Shown piece after piece: positions 53,084 to 64,000 of a stretch of 64,000 nt of DNA. Source of the DNA: Octopus vulgaris (lineage: Eukaryota); assembly GCA_951406725.2 (NCBI GenBank), contig OX597835.1, forward strand, positions 25,420,001 to 25,484,000, in the 5' to 3' direction. Position 1 is the stretch's first letter. Every line of letters begins with the position of its first letter. The translations under genes and the position numbers were made by a program. The notes beneath the pieces are model-generated. The model was not told where the DNA came from. It made no database searches and was given only the letters and a program-made list of their open reading frames with translations.

Positions 53084-53578
53084 TCTCAGTGTATCCAGAT
53101 GTGTGATTGTGTTTTTTTCTTTTTTAGCTCTGGTAGTTTCAGCTACAATGTGGTGTTGTGAAAAGACAAGTCTAGTATTTGTAACTAGAGACAGAATGGC
53201 AAAGGATTAAATATCTCTTAAGTCCCTGGTTCCACATACAAGGGAGATTCGGAAAGATGAATACATCTGTAGATTCTGTAGATCCAGATGTGAAACATAT
53301 TTTCAGGAGAACAGAACAGAACAGAACAGGAATGCACACACACACACAAAGATAAACAAGAACACACATACGTACATACAAAAACAAACAAGTATATGCT
53401 CACACACAGACAAATAACACTACACACACACACACACAAACAAGAATACGCTTACACACACACAGATACACAAGGACAAACAACACTACACACACACACA
53501 CACACCTACATAAATATAAGCCGAAAAACTCACAACACAAACACAGATACATACAGACATACAAAGAAAAAGACTTAC

Positions 53579-53689
53579 CTCCAATGTCCAGGTATTTCTC
53601 ACTCTCAGACTGCAATGTAGCCAGGAATGGTGCCACTTTCTGTTTGGCTTCCATCAGTAAATGTTTCAGATCCAACAGAATTGATTTAT
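53579..53689 (-). CDS. DDX41: DDX41 exon ([37 protein letters not shown])
   Basis: Conserved [14 protein letters not shown]; tacAG acceptor and G|GTAAGT donor. Confidence 0.93.
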
Positions 53690-53735
53690 CTGTAACATGG
53701 GAATGGTTGTTAAATAAAGATTAAATTTATGTACT

Positions 53736-53799
<64 letters not shown>

Positions 53800-53968
53800 T
53801 AATCCAAACAAGAAAACAGAAAAGACAACAACGCAAAGAGGTGGAACAATTAAAGTATTATTAGGCGCTCAGGAAAAAAGGGAAGAAGGAGGGTATGACG
53901 TTTCGAGCGGAGCTCTTCGTCGGAAACATAAGAGAAAGAAAGATCCCGAGGTGGGAGGACAGAGGGAA

Positions 53969-54008
<40 letters not shown>

Positions 54009-55380
54009 CATATGTATATATATACAAATATATATATATATATACAGGTTATATATATATATATACAAATATATATTATATATACACACACACACACTAT
54101 ATATATGAGTACTATCAGACACATATGCATACATACCATATCATCCTCAACATGTGGGTGTTATATATCGAGGGGCCTATAGACATACACACACACACAC
54201 CAATATACTAATATATAGATATATATAAAACCCACAAATATCACACACAAGATCCTCTTCCTCTTCGATCTTTTTTACAAAGGTGCTGGCAAAACTCTGG
54301 GAGATGTACCCAGTGCTTCATTGTCCGTTTTGGACACATGAGGTGCAGAATGTCAAAGGTAGGCTTTAACTGGGAAGAAGCTAAGGTGGTTTGCTCACTC
54401 CCAGTCGACTCCGAAAATCCCAGACACCAACCCAAACTATTGATAGATTGTCGTGGAACTTATACTAGGTGACTTGGTCAGTGAATCCTCTGTGATGGTC
54501 AACAATCAGTAGGGGCGAGATGAATTGCTGTGGATCACACTGTCCCAAAGTATGTATGCATAAGAATAGGGGCATTTGTCTTGTGTATTGCTGGTGACTT
54601 GAAAAACCCGCCTCTCGCCACAGAGAATAGGCAGATCCTAAATGATGCAAGGTGCCAGCTATGCTAAAAAGCACTGATGGGCCGTGCTGCTGACATGCGT
54701 AAGCTGGCACCATGTAAAAAACACTGGTATGGTAATGCAGTATGTACTCGAAGCACTGGTACTGATGTCATGTAAAAAAAGCATGGTACAGGTGCTGTGT
54801 AAAAAACACTGGTCTGAGTGCTGAGTAAAAAACATGGTACGGGTGCCTTATAAAAACCATTGGTACGGGTGCCATGTAAAAAACATTGGTACGAGTACCA
54901 AGTAAAAAACACTGGCACGGGTACCACATACAAAACATGAGTACTTGTGCCATGTAAAAACACAGGTGATAGTACTATGTAAAAAGCACCCAGTACACTG
55001 TGGAGTGGTTGGCATTAGGAAGGGCATTCAGCCATAGAAGCCAAGCCCAAAACAGACTATGAAACCTGGTGCAGTCCCTGGCCTTGCTAATTCCTGTCAA
55101 GTCATCCAATCCATGCCAGCATGCAAAACGAATGTTAAATGATGATGATGATGATGATGACGATGTGGTTAGTATTTAGGAGAGACATGGTGAACTGGTT
55201 GGCCGCAGCCAGCTCCACCCACCCTGAGTGGATGTCCGTAGCCAGTACAAGTAATGTGAGAATAGGCTGAGGTGATACAGGTCACATATTGTGAGAGGCA
55301 ACTACCAAAAGTGTGGTGAATCCGTTCACACAAATGAAAACGACCATAAAAGCCGAACTCTGCCGTCGCCTTCTACTTAC

Positions 55381-55452
55381 CCACGGTCTTGTTAATGAAT
55401 GTTGTTGCTGTACCTGTTTTACCACACCTTCCTGTCTGACCAATACTGTGAA
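55381..55452 (-). pseudogene. Duplicated DDX41 motif-VI exon (VHSIGQTGRCGKTGTATTFINKTV) with a damaged acceptor
   Basis: 72-nt copy of 57052-57123. Donor G|GTAAGT is intact, but the acceptor reads tttcaccg instead of tttcAG. Confidence 0.7.
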
Positions 55453-55904
55453 CGGTGAAAGCAAACAAAAGACCATCCGGAAAGGAACAATAAAGCCTCG
55501 TCTGGCTCCTTCAGTAAGTGGCAAACAACAGAATTCCGAATGATCTGTAAACGAAATCCTCGTCTCTCCTCTCTGGCACATAAAATCACCCACTCACTCA
55601 ACGGAACGGTTGGCGTTAGGAACAGGGCATCCATACACACACACTGCCACATCTGACTGGCCTGGTGCAGCCTTCGGGCTTCCCAGACCCCAGTTGAACC
55701 GTCCAACCCATGCTAGCATGGAAAGCGGACGTTAAACGATGATGATGATGATGATGATACATACATACATATATATATATATATACATTCAAATATATAT
55801 ATATATATATACAAATATATATATATATATATATATACACATATGCATACATACACATATCATCCTCAACATGTGTGTGTGTATATATATATACATATAG
55901 ACAT

Positions 55905-55981
<77 letters not shown>

Positions 55982-57051
55982 CATCCTCTTCCTCTTCATC
56001 TTTTTTACATGCTGGCAAATCTGGGAGCTGTTAAGGCTTCATTGTCCGTTTTGGAAAGTGAGTTTTAGATACTTGCTTTAACAAAAGCTAAGGGGTTTCT
56101 CACTCCCAGTCGTCTTCCAGCACACCAGACACCAACCCAAACTATTGATAGATTGTCGTGGAACTTATACTAGGTGACTTGGTCAGTGAATCCTCTGTGA
56201 TGGTCAACAATCAAGGGGCGAGATGAATTGCTGTGGATCACACTGTCCCAAAGTATGTATGCATAGTAGGGCATTTGTCTTGTGTATTGCTGTACTTGAG
56301 AAAACCCGCCCACCACAACAGAATAGAGATCCTAAAACCAAGGTGCCACGTAAAAAGCACTGATGTGGGTGCTGCTGACATGGTACTGGCACCATGTAAA
56401 AAACACTGGTATGGGTGCTATGTAAAAAGCACTGGTACTGATGTCATGTAAAAAACATGGTACAGGTGCTGTGTAAAAAACACTGGTCTGAGTGCTGAGT
56501 AAAAAACATGGTACGGGTGCCTTATAAAAACCATTGGTACGGGTGCCATGTAAAAAACATTGGTACGAGTACCAAGTAAAAAACACTGGCACGGGTACCA
56601 CATACAAAACATGAGTACTTGTGCCATGTAAAAACACAGGTGATAGTACTATGTAAAAAGCACCCAGTACACTGTGGAGTGGTTGGCATTAGGAAGGGCA
56701 TTCAGCCATAGAAGCCAAGCCCAAAACAGACTATGAAACCTGGTGCAGTCCCTGGCCTTGCTAATTCCTGTCAAGTCATCCAATCCATGCCAGCATGCAA
56801 AACGAATGTTAAATGATGATGATGATGATGATGACGATGTGGTTAGTATTTAGGAGAGACATGGTGAACTGGTTGGCCGCAGCCAGCTCCACCCACCCTG
56901 AGTGGATGTCACTGCAAGTACAAGTAATGTGAGAATAGGCGAGGTGATACAGGTCACATATTGTGAGAGGCAACTACCAAAAGTGTGGTGAATCCGTTCA
57001 CACAAATGAAAACGAAAATAAAAGCCGAACTCTGCCACGCCTTCTACTTAC

Positions 57052-57123
57052 CCACGGTCTTGTTAATGAATGTTGTTGCTGTACCTGTTTTACCACACCT
57101 TCCTGTACGACCAATACGATGAA
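57052..57123 (-). CDS. DDX41: DDX41 exon, helicase motif VI (VHRIGRTGRCGKTGTATTFINKTV)
   Basis: HRIGRTGR motif; tttcAG acceptor and G|GTAAGT donor; phase 1/1. Confidence 0.95.
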
Positions 57124-57344
57124 CTGAAAGCAAACAAAAGAAGGAAAGGAACAATAAATATCTTTCAGTAAGGAAACAACAGAATTCCGAATGATCTGTA
57201 AACGAAATCCTCTCTCTCTCTCTCTCTTTCACACTCACAACAAACGCAAACAGACACATACACACACACACACAAACAACATATACATAAAAACTCTGTT
57301 TTACACATACATACACAAACAAAAGCACTGTTGTATACGGTTTC

Positions 57345-57579
57345 AGTAAAATTACAGATTAACACCCGCACGATTTTCACTAAGAAAAAAAAAAAAACTC
57401 GGATTTTTTGCGTGGAATCAAGTACCCTGACCTCCTAATATGCTGGAAATCCCATATTTTTGCGTGGAATCAAGTACTGTGACCTCGTAATATTACAAGG
57501 TCACAGTACTTGATTCCATACAAAAAATCATTTTTTTTTTTTAGTGAAAATCGTGCGGGTGTTAATCTGTAATTTTACC
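57345..57579. mobile_element. Foldback MITE, possibly Merlin-like
   Basis: Perfect 38-bp inverted repeat GTAAAATTACAGATTAACACCCGCACGATTTTCACTAA, an internal hairpin, and a near-TSD ACGGTTTC/ACAGTTTC. Confidence 0.65.
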
Positions 57580-58097
57580 ACAGTTTCTTACACACGTACA
57601 CATATTTAATACTGTCTTACACACAAACAAAAGCACTCTTGTATATTCTTTCTTACACACACACACACGCACAAACAAACACATATACACACACACATTT
57701 AATACTGTCTTACACACAAACAAAAACACTTTTAAATACTCTTTCTTGCACACAAAAACATTCACACGCACACACAGAAATAAGCATAAATATAAATATG
57801 TGTAAATGCTCTCTTGAACACACACATATACATGCACAGACATTTAAATACCCTCTTACGCATAAAACACACACACACAGATGTTGAGACATTTAACCCC
57901 TTTTGTACAAACTACTTGAGACCAACCCTGATTCTATGACACAAACCCTCATTTTAAAGTGGTGTAAATGAAAGCCTTCCATCAAAATTTCAATGTTAAT
58001 TTATGTTAATTTATGTGTTTCAAACACAGGATTAATAATGACAAATGTATTCTAATAAATTCTTCATTATTTTCAAAATTTAACTGAAATAAAACTG

Positions 58098-58505
58098 CTG
58101 GAGGTGGAGCATAGGGGTAGGTGGAGCATAGGGGTAGATGGAGCAAAGGAGGAGGTGAAGAATAGAAGGTGGAGCAAAGGGGATGGAGCACAAGGGTAGG
58201 TGTACCAAACAAGGTGGAGCAATGGAGGAGGTGGAGCATAGGGGTGGGTGGAGCATTGGGGTAGGTGGATATTAGGGGTAGATGGAGCAAAGGAGGAGGT
58301 GAAGAATAGAAGGTGGAGCAAAGGGGATGGAGCACAAGGGTAGGTGGACCAAACAAGGTGGAGCAAAAGAGGAGGTGAGGTACAAGAATAGGTGTACAAG
58401 AGGAGGTGGAACACAGGAAGCTGAACAGAAAATAGGGAGGTGGAGAACAGAAGAGGAATTACAGGAGGAGGAGTAGCTCAAGAGATAGAGGTGGAGTAGC
58501 AAGAG
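58098..58505. repeat. Purine-rich GGTGGAGCA repeat with a ~143-bp higher-order duplication
   Basis: Seen directly; it explains the Pro/Leu/His-rich ORFs. Confidence 0.85.
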
Positions 58506-58540
58506 GGTCGCTGTGAGAGGAGGAGGGTCTAGTAACTCAC

Positions 58541-58690
58541 CATAGTTTTCTATGTCTTCTGGCATGTCATAGTTGATGACGTGCTGAATGTCAGAGAAAT
58601 CAAGACCTTTTGATGCCACATCTGTTGCCACAAGAACATCTTTCTGACCGTTCCGGAACTGTTCCACCGATCGAGTTCTCTCTTCCTGGT
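58541..58690 (-). CDS. DDX41: DDX41 exon (DQEERTRSVEQFRNGQKDVLVATDVASKGLDFSDIQHVINYDMPEDIENY), motif V
   Basis: DDX41-type ATDVASKGLDF; aacAG acceptor and G|GTGAGT donor. Confidence 0.96.
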
Positions 58691-58739
58691 CTGTTGAAAC
58701 ATAACACACACATTTATTTATTTGTATAACAATAATATT

Positions 58740-59370
58740 GGTTTCAAATTTTGGCTCAAGGCCAACAATTTCAGGGGAGGGGGGTAAGTTGATTACATCG
58801 AACCCACCCCCACCCCGTGCTCAACTGGTATTTATTTTATTGACCCCGTAAGGATAAAAAGCAAAGTTGACCTCAGCAGAATTTGAACTCAGAACGTAAC
58901 AACAGACCAAATGCTACTAAGCATTTTGCCCAGTGTGCTAATGATTCTGCCACTCCGACGCCTTATATATAATAATACTTTCTACTAAAGGCACAAGGCC
59001 TGAAATTGTGGGGGAGGGAGCTAGTCGATTACATCGACCCCAGTGCATAACTGGTACTTAATTTATTGACCCCATAAGGATAAAATGCAAAGTTGAACTC
59101 AGCAGAATTTGAACTCAGAACGTAGTGGCAGATGAAATGCTGCTAAGCATTTTGCCTAGCATGCTAACGATTCTGCTAGATTGTTGCCTTATATAATAAT
59201 AATATTAGAGATAATTTTCTTTCTAATTTTGGCACAAGGCCAGAAATTCTAAGGGGAGAGGGAAAGTCAATTACATGACTGGTACTTTATTTAATCAACT
59301 CCAGAGGTTTGAGAGGCAAAGTTGACCGCAGCAGAAGTTGAGCTTAGAATGTTAAGAGCCAGAATGAACA
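58740..59370 (-). mobile_element. Three head-to-tail family B SINE copies
   Basis: Repeated GGCACAAGGCC...CAAAGTTGACC...TTTGAACTCAGAA units. Confidence 0.7.
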
Positions 59371-59881
59371 CCATCAATCCTTAGAGTCTGTAGCACTGGT
59401 AAATGGTGCAGCTTCATTGAGTGCAGCATGTGTTTGATTATACATGTTTTGACCCTGTTTTGATCAACCAATCAGAACATCTGAAAGTAAGACAATACGT
59501 CTGTGCCCAGTCTGATTGCTTTGGCAGCATGTTCTTTTAGAAATAAGGAGAAATTTTACAATGCAACATGAGCCTGGGCTGTCAGGATCAAACCACTGGA
59601 GCCTTGTTACTAATCTCTCTCAAAACTGACCACAAATAGCACACAGAGCTCAGACACAGGCTCAAATAACACCGAGGAGGTCAGAGCTCAAAGTGTTAGG
59701 CATTTTGTTTGATGTGCTGACAATTCTACCAGCTTGCTGTCTTAACAAGAAAGACCGAGTCTCTTAACCTATAAGTCCAACTCTGTTAATAGAGTTTGTC
59801 TAACTTGTTAATAGATGGAGACTGTTAACAAGTAAGATCCTGTCCGCCAACAGTAAGACCATCTGTAAATGGAACACTCAC

Positions 59882-59978
59882 CTTTTCCTCCGTGAATTGC
59901 AACGGCCTCGACTCCTTTGAGTAGAAGATATTCATGGATGGCGTCTACATCCTGTTTCTTTTCAGCAAATACCAGCAC
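59882..59978 (-). CDS. DDX41: DDX41 exon ([32 protein letters not shown]), motif IV
   Basis: Matches the conserved DDX41 sequence; tacAG acceptor and G|GTGAGT donor. Confidence 0.96.
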
Positions 59979-60429
59979 CTGTAACAACAACAACAATTAC
60001 AATGAATAAATTTGTTATTAAACGACACAAGTGCAGGCGCAGCTATGTAGTAAGAGGCTTGCTTCCCAACCACTTGGTTCCAGGTTCAGTTCCACTGCAT
60101 GGCTCCTTGGGCAAGTGTCTTCTACTATAACCTCGGGCTGACCAAAACCTTACGAGTGGATTGAGTAGATGGAAACTGAAAGAAACCCGTTTGTGTGTAT
60201 GTATATATGTGTTTGTGTGTGTGTGTGTATAGGTGCAGGTGTGGCAAGAAATTTGCTTCCCAACCACATGGTTCCGGGTTCAGTCTCACTCCGTGGCACC
60301 TTGGGCCGACCAAGGCCTTGTGAGTGGATTTGGTAGACAGAAACTGAAAGAAGCCTGCCGTATACATATATATATATTTGTATGTATCTATGTGTACGTG
60401 TCACTGTGTTTGTGTTTTGTCTCCCATCA

Positions 60430-60828
<399 letters not shown>

Positions 60829-61585
60829 CTAAACGAGAAGAAGATGACGAAGAAGAATGAGGAATAAAAAAACACAAGACTAGAAGACGGAGTTGGATAC
60901 AAAATGGTGAGGAGGAATCGGAGAATAGAAGAGAAGCCCCTCCCCAAACTTTCATAAAAAAAAAACAAAGACAAAGAAGTAAAAAGAATATAGGGGACCT
61001 TTCATCATCACTGTCTTCATCATTATCAGCATCATCCTTTAACGCCTGTCTTCTATGCTGACATGGGTTGGACAGTTTGACAGGAGCTGGCCAGGTAGAA
61101 GACTACAGTAATTCCTTCTATTAAAGGCACAAGGGCTGAAATTCTGTGGGATGGGGTTAGGTTAGTTGATTGCATTAATCACAATGCACAAATAATACTT
61201 AATTTATCGACCCCGAAACGATGGAAGGCAAAGCTGACATCAGCAAAATTTGAACTCAGAATGTAAAGAATTGGGATAAATTCCACTAAGCATTTAGTTT
61301 GATTTGCTAATGATTCTGCCAGCGTGCCACCTTCTGAATAATAATTATAATAAGAATTGTTTCAAATTTTGGCACAAGGCCAACAGTTTTAGGGAGAGAG
61401 TCGTTAGTTGATTACATCGCCCCCATGTTCAACTGGTACTTATTTAATTGACCCAAAAAGGATGAAAGGCAAAGTTGACCTTGGCAGAATTTGAACTCAG
61501 GATGTGAAAAGATGGATGAAATGCTACTAAGCATTTTGCCAAGTGCACTAACGATTCTATCAGCTTGCAGACTTAAATAATAATA

Positions 61586-61991
61586 GGCGTAGGAGTGGCT
61601 GTGTGGTAAGTAGCTTGCTAACCAACCACATGGTTCTGGGTTCAGTCCCATTGCGTGGCATCTCAGGCAAGTGTCTTCTGCTATAGCCCCGGGCTGATCA
61701 ATGCTTTGTGAGTGGATTTGGTAGACGGAAACTGAAAGAAGCTTGTCGTATATATGTATGTATATATATATATATATGTATGTGTGTTTGTGTGTCTGTG
61801 TTTATCCCCCTAGCATTGCTTGACAACCGATGCTGGTGTGTTTACGTCCCCGTCACTTAGCGGTTCAGTAAAAGAGACCGATGGAATAAGTACTGGGCTT
61901 ACAAAGAATAAGTCCCTGGGTCGATGTGCTCAACTAAAAGGCGGTGCTCCAGCATGGCCACAGTCAAATGACTGAAACAAGTAAAAGAGTA
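61586..61991 (+). mobile_element. tRNA-derived SINE (family A) between family B copies
   Basis: Full-length match to family A. Confidence 0.8.
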
Positions 61992-62414
61992 TAGGCACAA
62001 GGCCCGAAATTTTTAGGGAGGTGGGGGGGCAGTCGATTAGATTGACCCCAGTTTTCAACTGGTACTTAATTTATCGACCCTGAAAGGATGAAAGGCAAAG
62101 TTGACCTCGGTGGAATTTGAACACAGAACGTAAAGACAGATGAAATACCCTAAGCATTTCACCCGGCGTGCTTATGTTGCTGCCAGCTCGCCACCTTCTA
62201 AATGAAATCTGGTGCTTCACGGGTACTCTAAAATTAATCCTGGCATGATTTGAACTCAAAACACAGAATGGTACAATAACATCCATACCCCTCTTGAAGG
62301 TTTATAAAAGGAAAGATTTGATGATCTGGGGGATGTTATTTCAAACAAAATAATAATAATAATAATCAGAAGCCAGTATGAAAATGGCTGCTCATTCATG
62401 CTTGAGCTTGGCTA

Positions 62415-62660
<246 letters not shown>

Positions 62661-62714
62661 TTATAGACAGACAGACTCTACTCAAAGATATATATATATA
62701 TGCATACATATATA

Positions 62715-63100
62715 ATGGATTGGTGGCATGTGTAAAAAGATTTGAGCGAGGTCATTGCCAGTACCACCTGACTGCCCCCCCCCCCCCGTGCCGAGGCACG
62801 TAAAAGGGCACCATTTGAGCGTGATCGTTACCAATGTCGCCTTACTGGCACCTGTGCCGGTGGCATGTGTAAAAAGATTCAAGCTAGGTCATTGCCAGTA
62901 CCACCTGACTGGCCCCCGTGCCGGTGGCATGTAAAAAGCACCCACTACACTCTCGGAGTGGTTGGCATTAGGAAGGGCATCCAGCTGTAGAAACTCTGCC
63001 AGATCAAGATTGGAGCCTTGTGCAGCCATCTGGTTCGCCAGCCCTCAGTCAAAATCGTCCAACCCATGCTAGCATGGACAGTGGACGTTAAACGAACAAC
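62715..63100 (+). mobile_element. RTE-tail repeat with internal tandem units
   Basis: Same family as 19760-20046. Confidence 0.75.
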
Positions 63101-64000
63101 AATACATATATATATATATATATAAATGTCGCTGTTACTATCAATCATGTTACTCATGATTTTAAAACTATTTCTTTACCAACAACCAATGTATAGCTGC
63201 CCCAAGACAGTCCCTTTTCCATTGCATCTTCCCTCTGCAATCATTTCCTTTGATTTCTTTCGTCTTGTTAATCAATCCTTCCCATTCTTTTATTATCCCA
63301 TCTCAAATCACATCTGTTTTAAAAGATCCGAGACAACACAGAAAAGAACAGAGACGACTCTTAAGTGTTGTAGAAGCGAGGACAACTTCCCTAGTGTTGG
63401 TGTAGCAATAGAATTGTACCCAGTATACTTTGCAAAGTAGATGGCAGGCAAGAAAGGAAAGACGGTCCAGTCTTGCAGGAGAGACAAAAAAACCCCTCCA
63501 GTCTATTCATAGAGGAATATTATATTATTTGGAGAGATTTTAAGGTTGGTGACAGGAAGGATAGAAAATCTGACTCAAAAATCTCCGTTCACTCCGATTT
63601 GAACTCAGAATGTAAAGGTCTAGAGCAAATCTGTCAGGGCCTTTTGGTCAATGGTTGTACGTGGCCAAAGAGAGGTAACTCTCTAAGGGACATAACTCGG
63701 TAAGTGAACTGAAACATTCATTAAATACGAGTCGATAACGTTTGAGACTGAGAAGTGTAGTCAGAACATGACGAGGGCGGTCTCTTCGTATTCGAAGACC
63801 GCAAGGATGAGCGACATGCTGATAGTTCACGCTGTAGGGCTTTTTTTTTCGTCCTGCCTGTGCTTAATAATTTTCAAGTCATTTGTTAAGGTTATCTCTA
63901 CAGATATTCGATAGAAACTATAGCCAACGCTGATTTTTGTTACGACATTTCGTATACGAGATCGAAGATGAAAAAAGGGTAATGGCCGTATACTCCATAT

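Larger units (their letters stand above)
54120..57220. repeat. Tandem duplication, ~1.7 kb period (about 54120-55570 and 55840-57220)
   Basis: Two colinear copies, essentially identical in the middle (54775-55225 vs 56450-56910) and indel-rich at the edges. Confidence 0.9.

Noticed and set aside
54640-54990. Regularly spaced short repeats resembling a CRISPR array
   Set aside because: The context is eukaryotic, the units are degenerate tandem repeats without unique spacers, there are no cas genes, and the array lies inside a retroelement.

Overview
AT-rich, microsatellite- and transposon-dense animal genomic DNA. The SINE/LINE families resemble those of octopod cephalopods (inferred from memory, not searched). 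Two spliced genes lie tail-to-tail and both lack their 5' exons in this window. On the + strand is a PP2A B55 regulatory subunit (PPP2R2/twins-like), exons 12363-38160. On the - strand is the DEAD-box helicase DDX41/abstrakt, exons 62631-51362. Highlights: (1) a candidate 126-nt in-frame extra exon (11340-11465) in B55; (2) a U12 minor-spliceosome GT-AG intron in B55 (28797-30087); (3) a tandem duplication of about 1.7 kb period in DDX41 that creates a second motif-VI exon with two arginines changed, possibly an assembly artefact; (4) several long hairpins and inverted repeats; (5) a decayed full-length piggyBac with matching MITEs, plus Tigger, hAT, Merlin-like and RTE remnants. Almost all ORFs in the supplied track are repeat-derived noise. 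Repeat boundaries are approximate.
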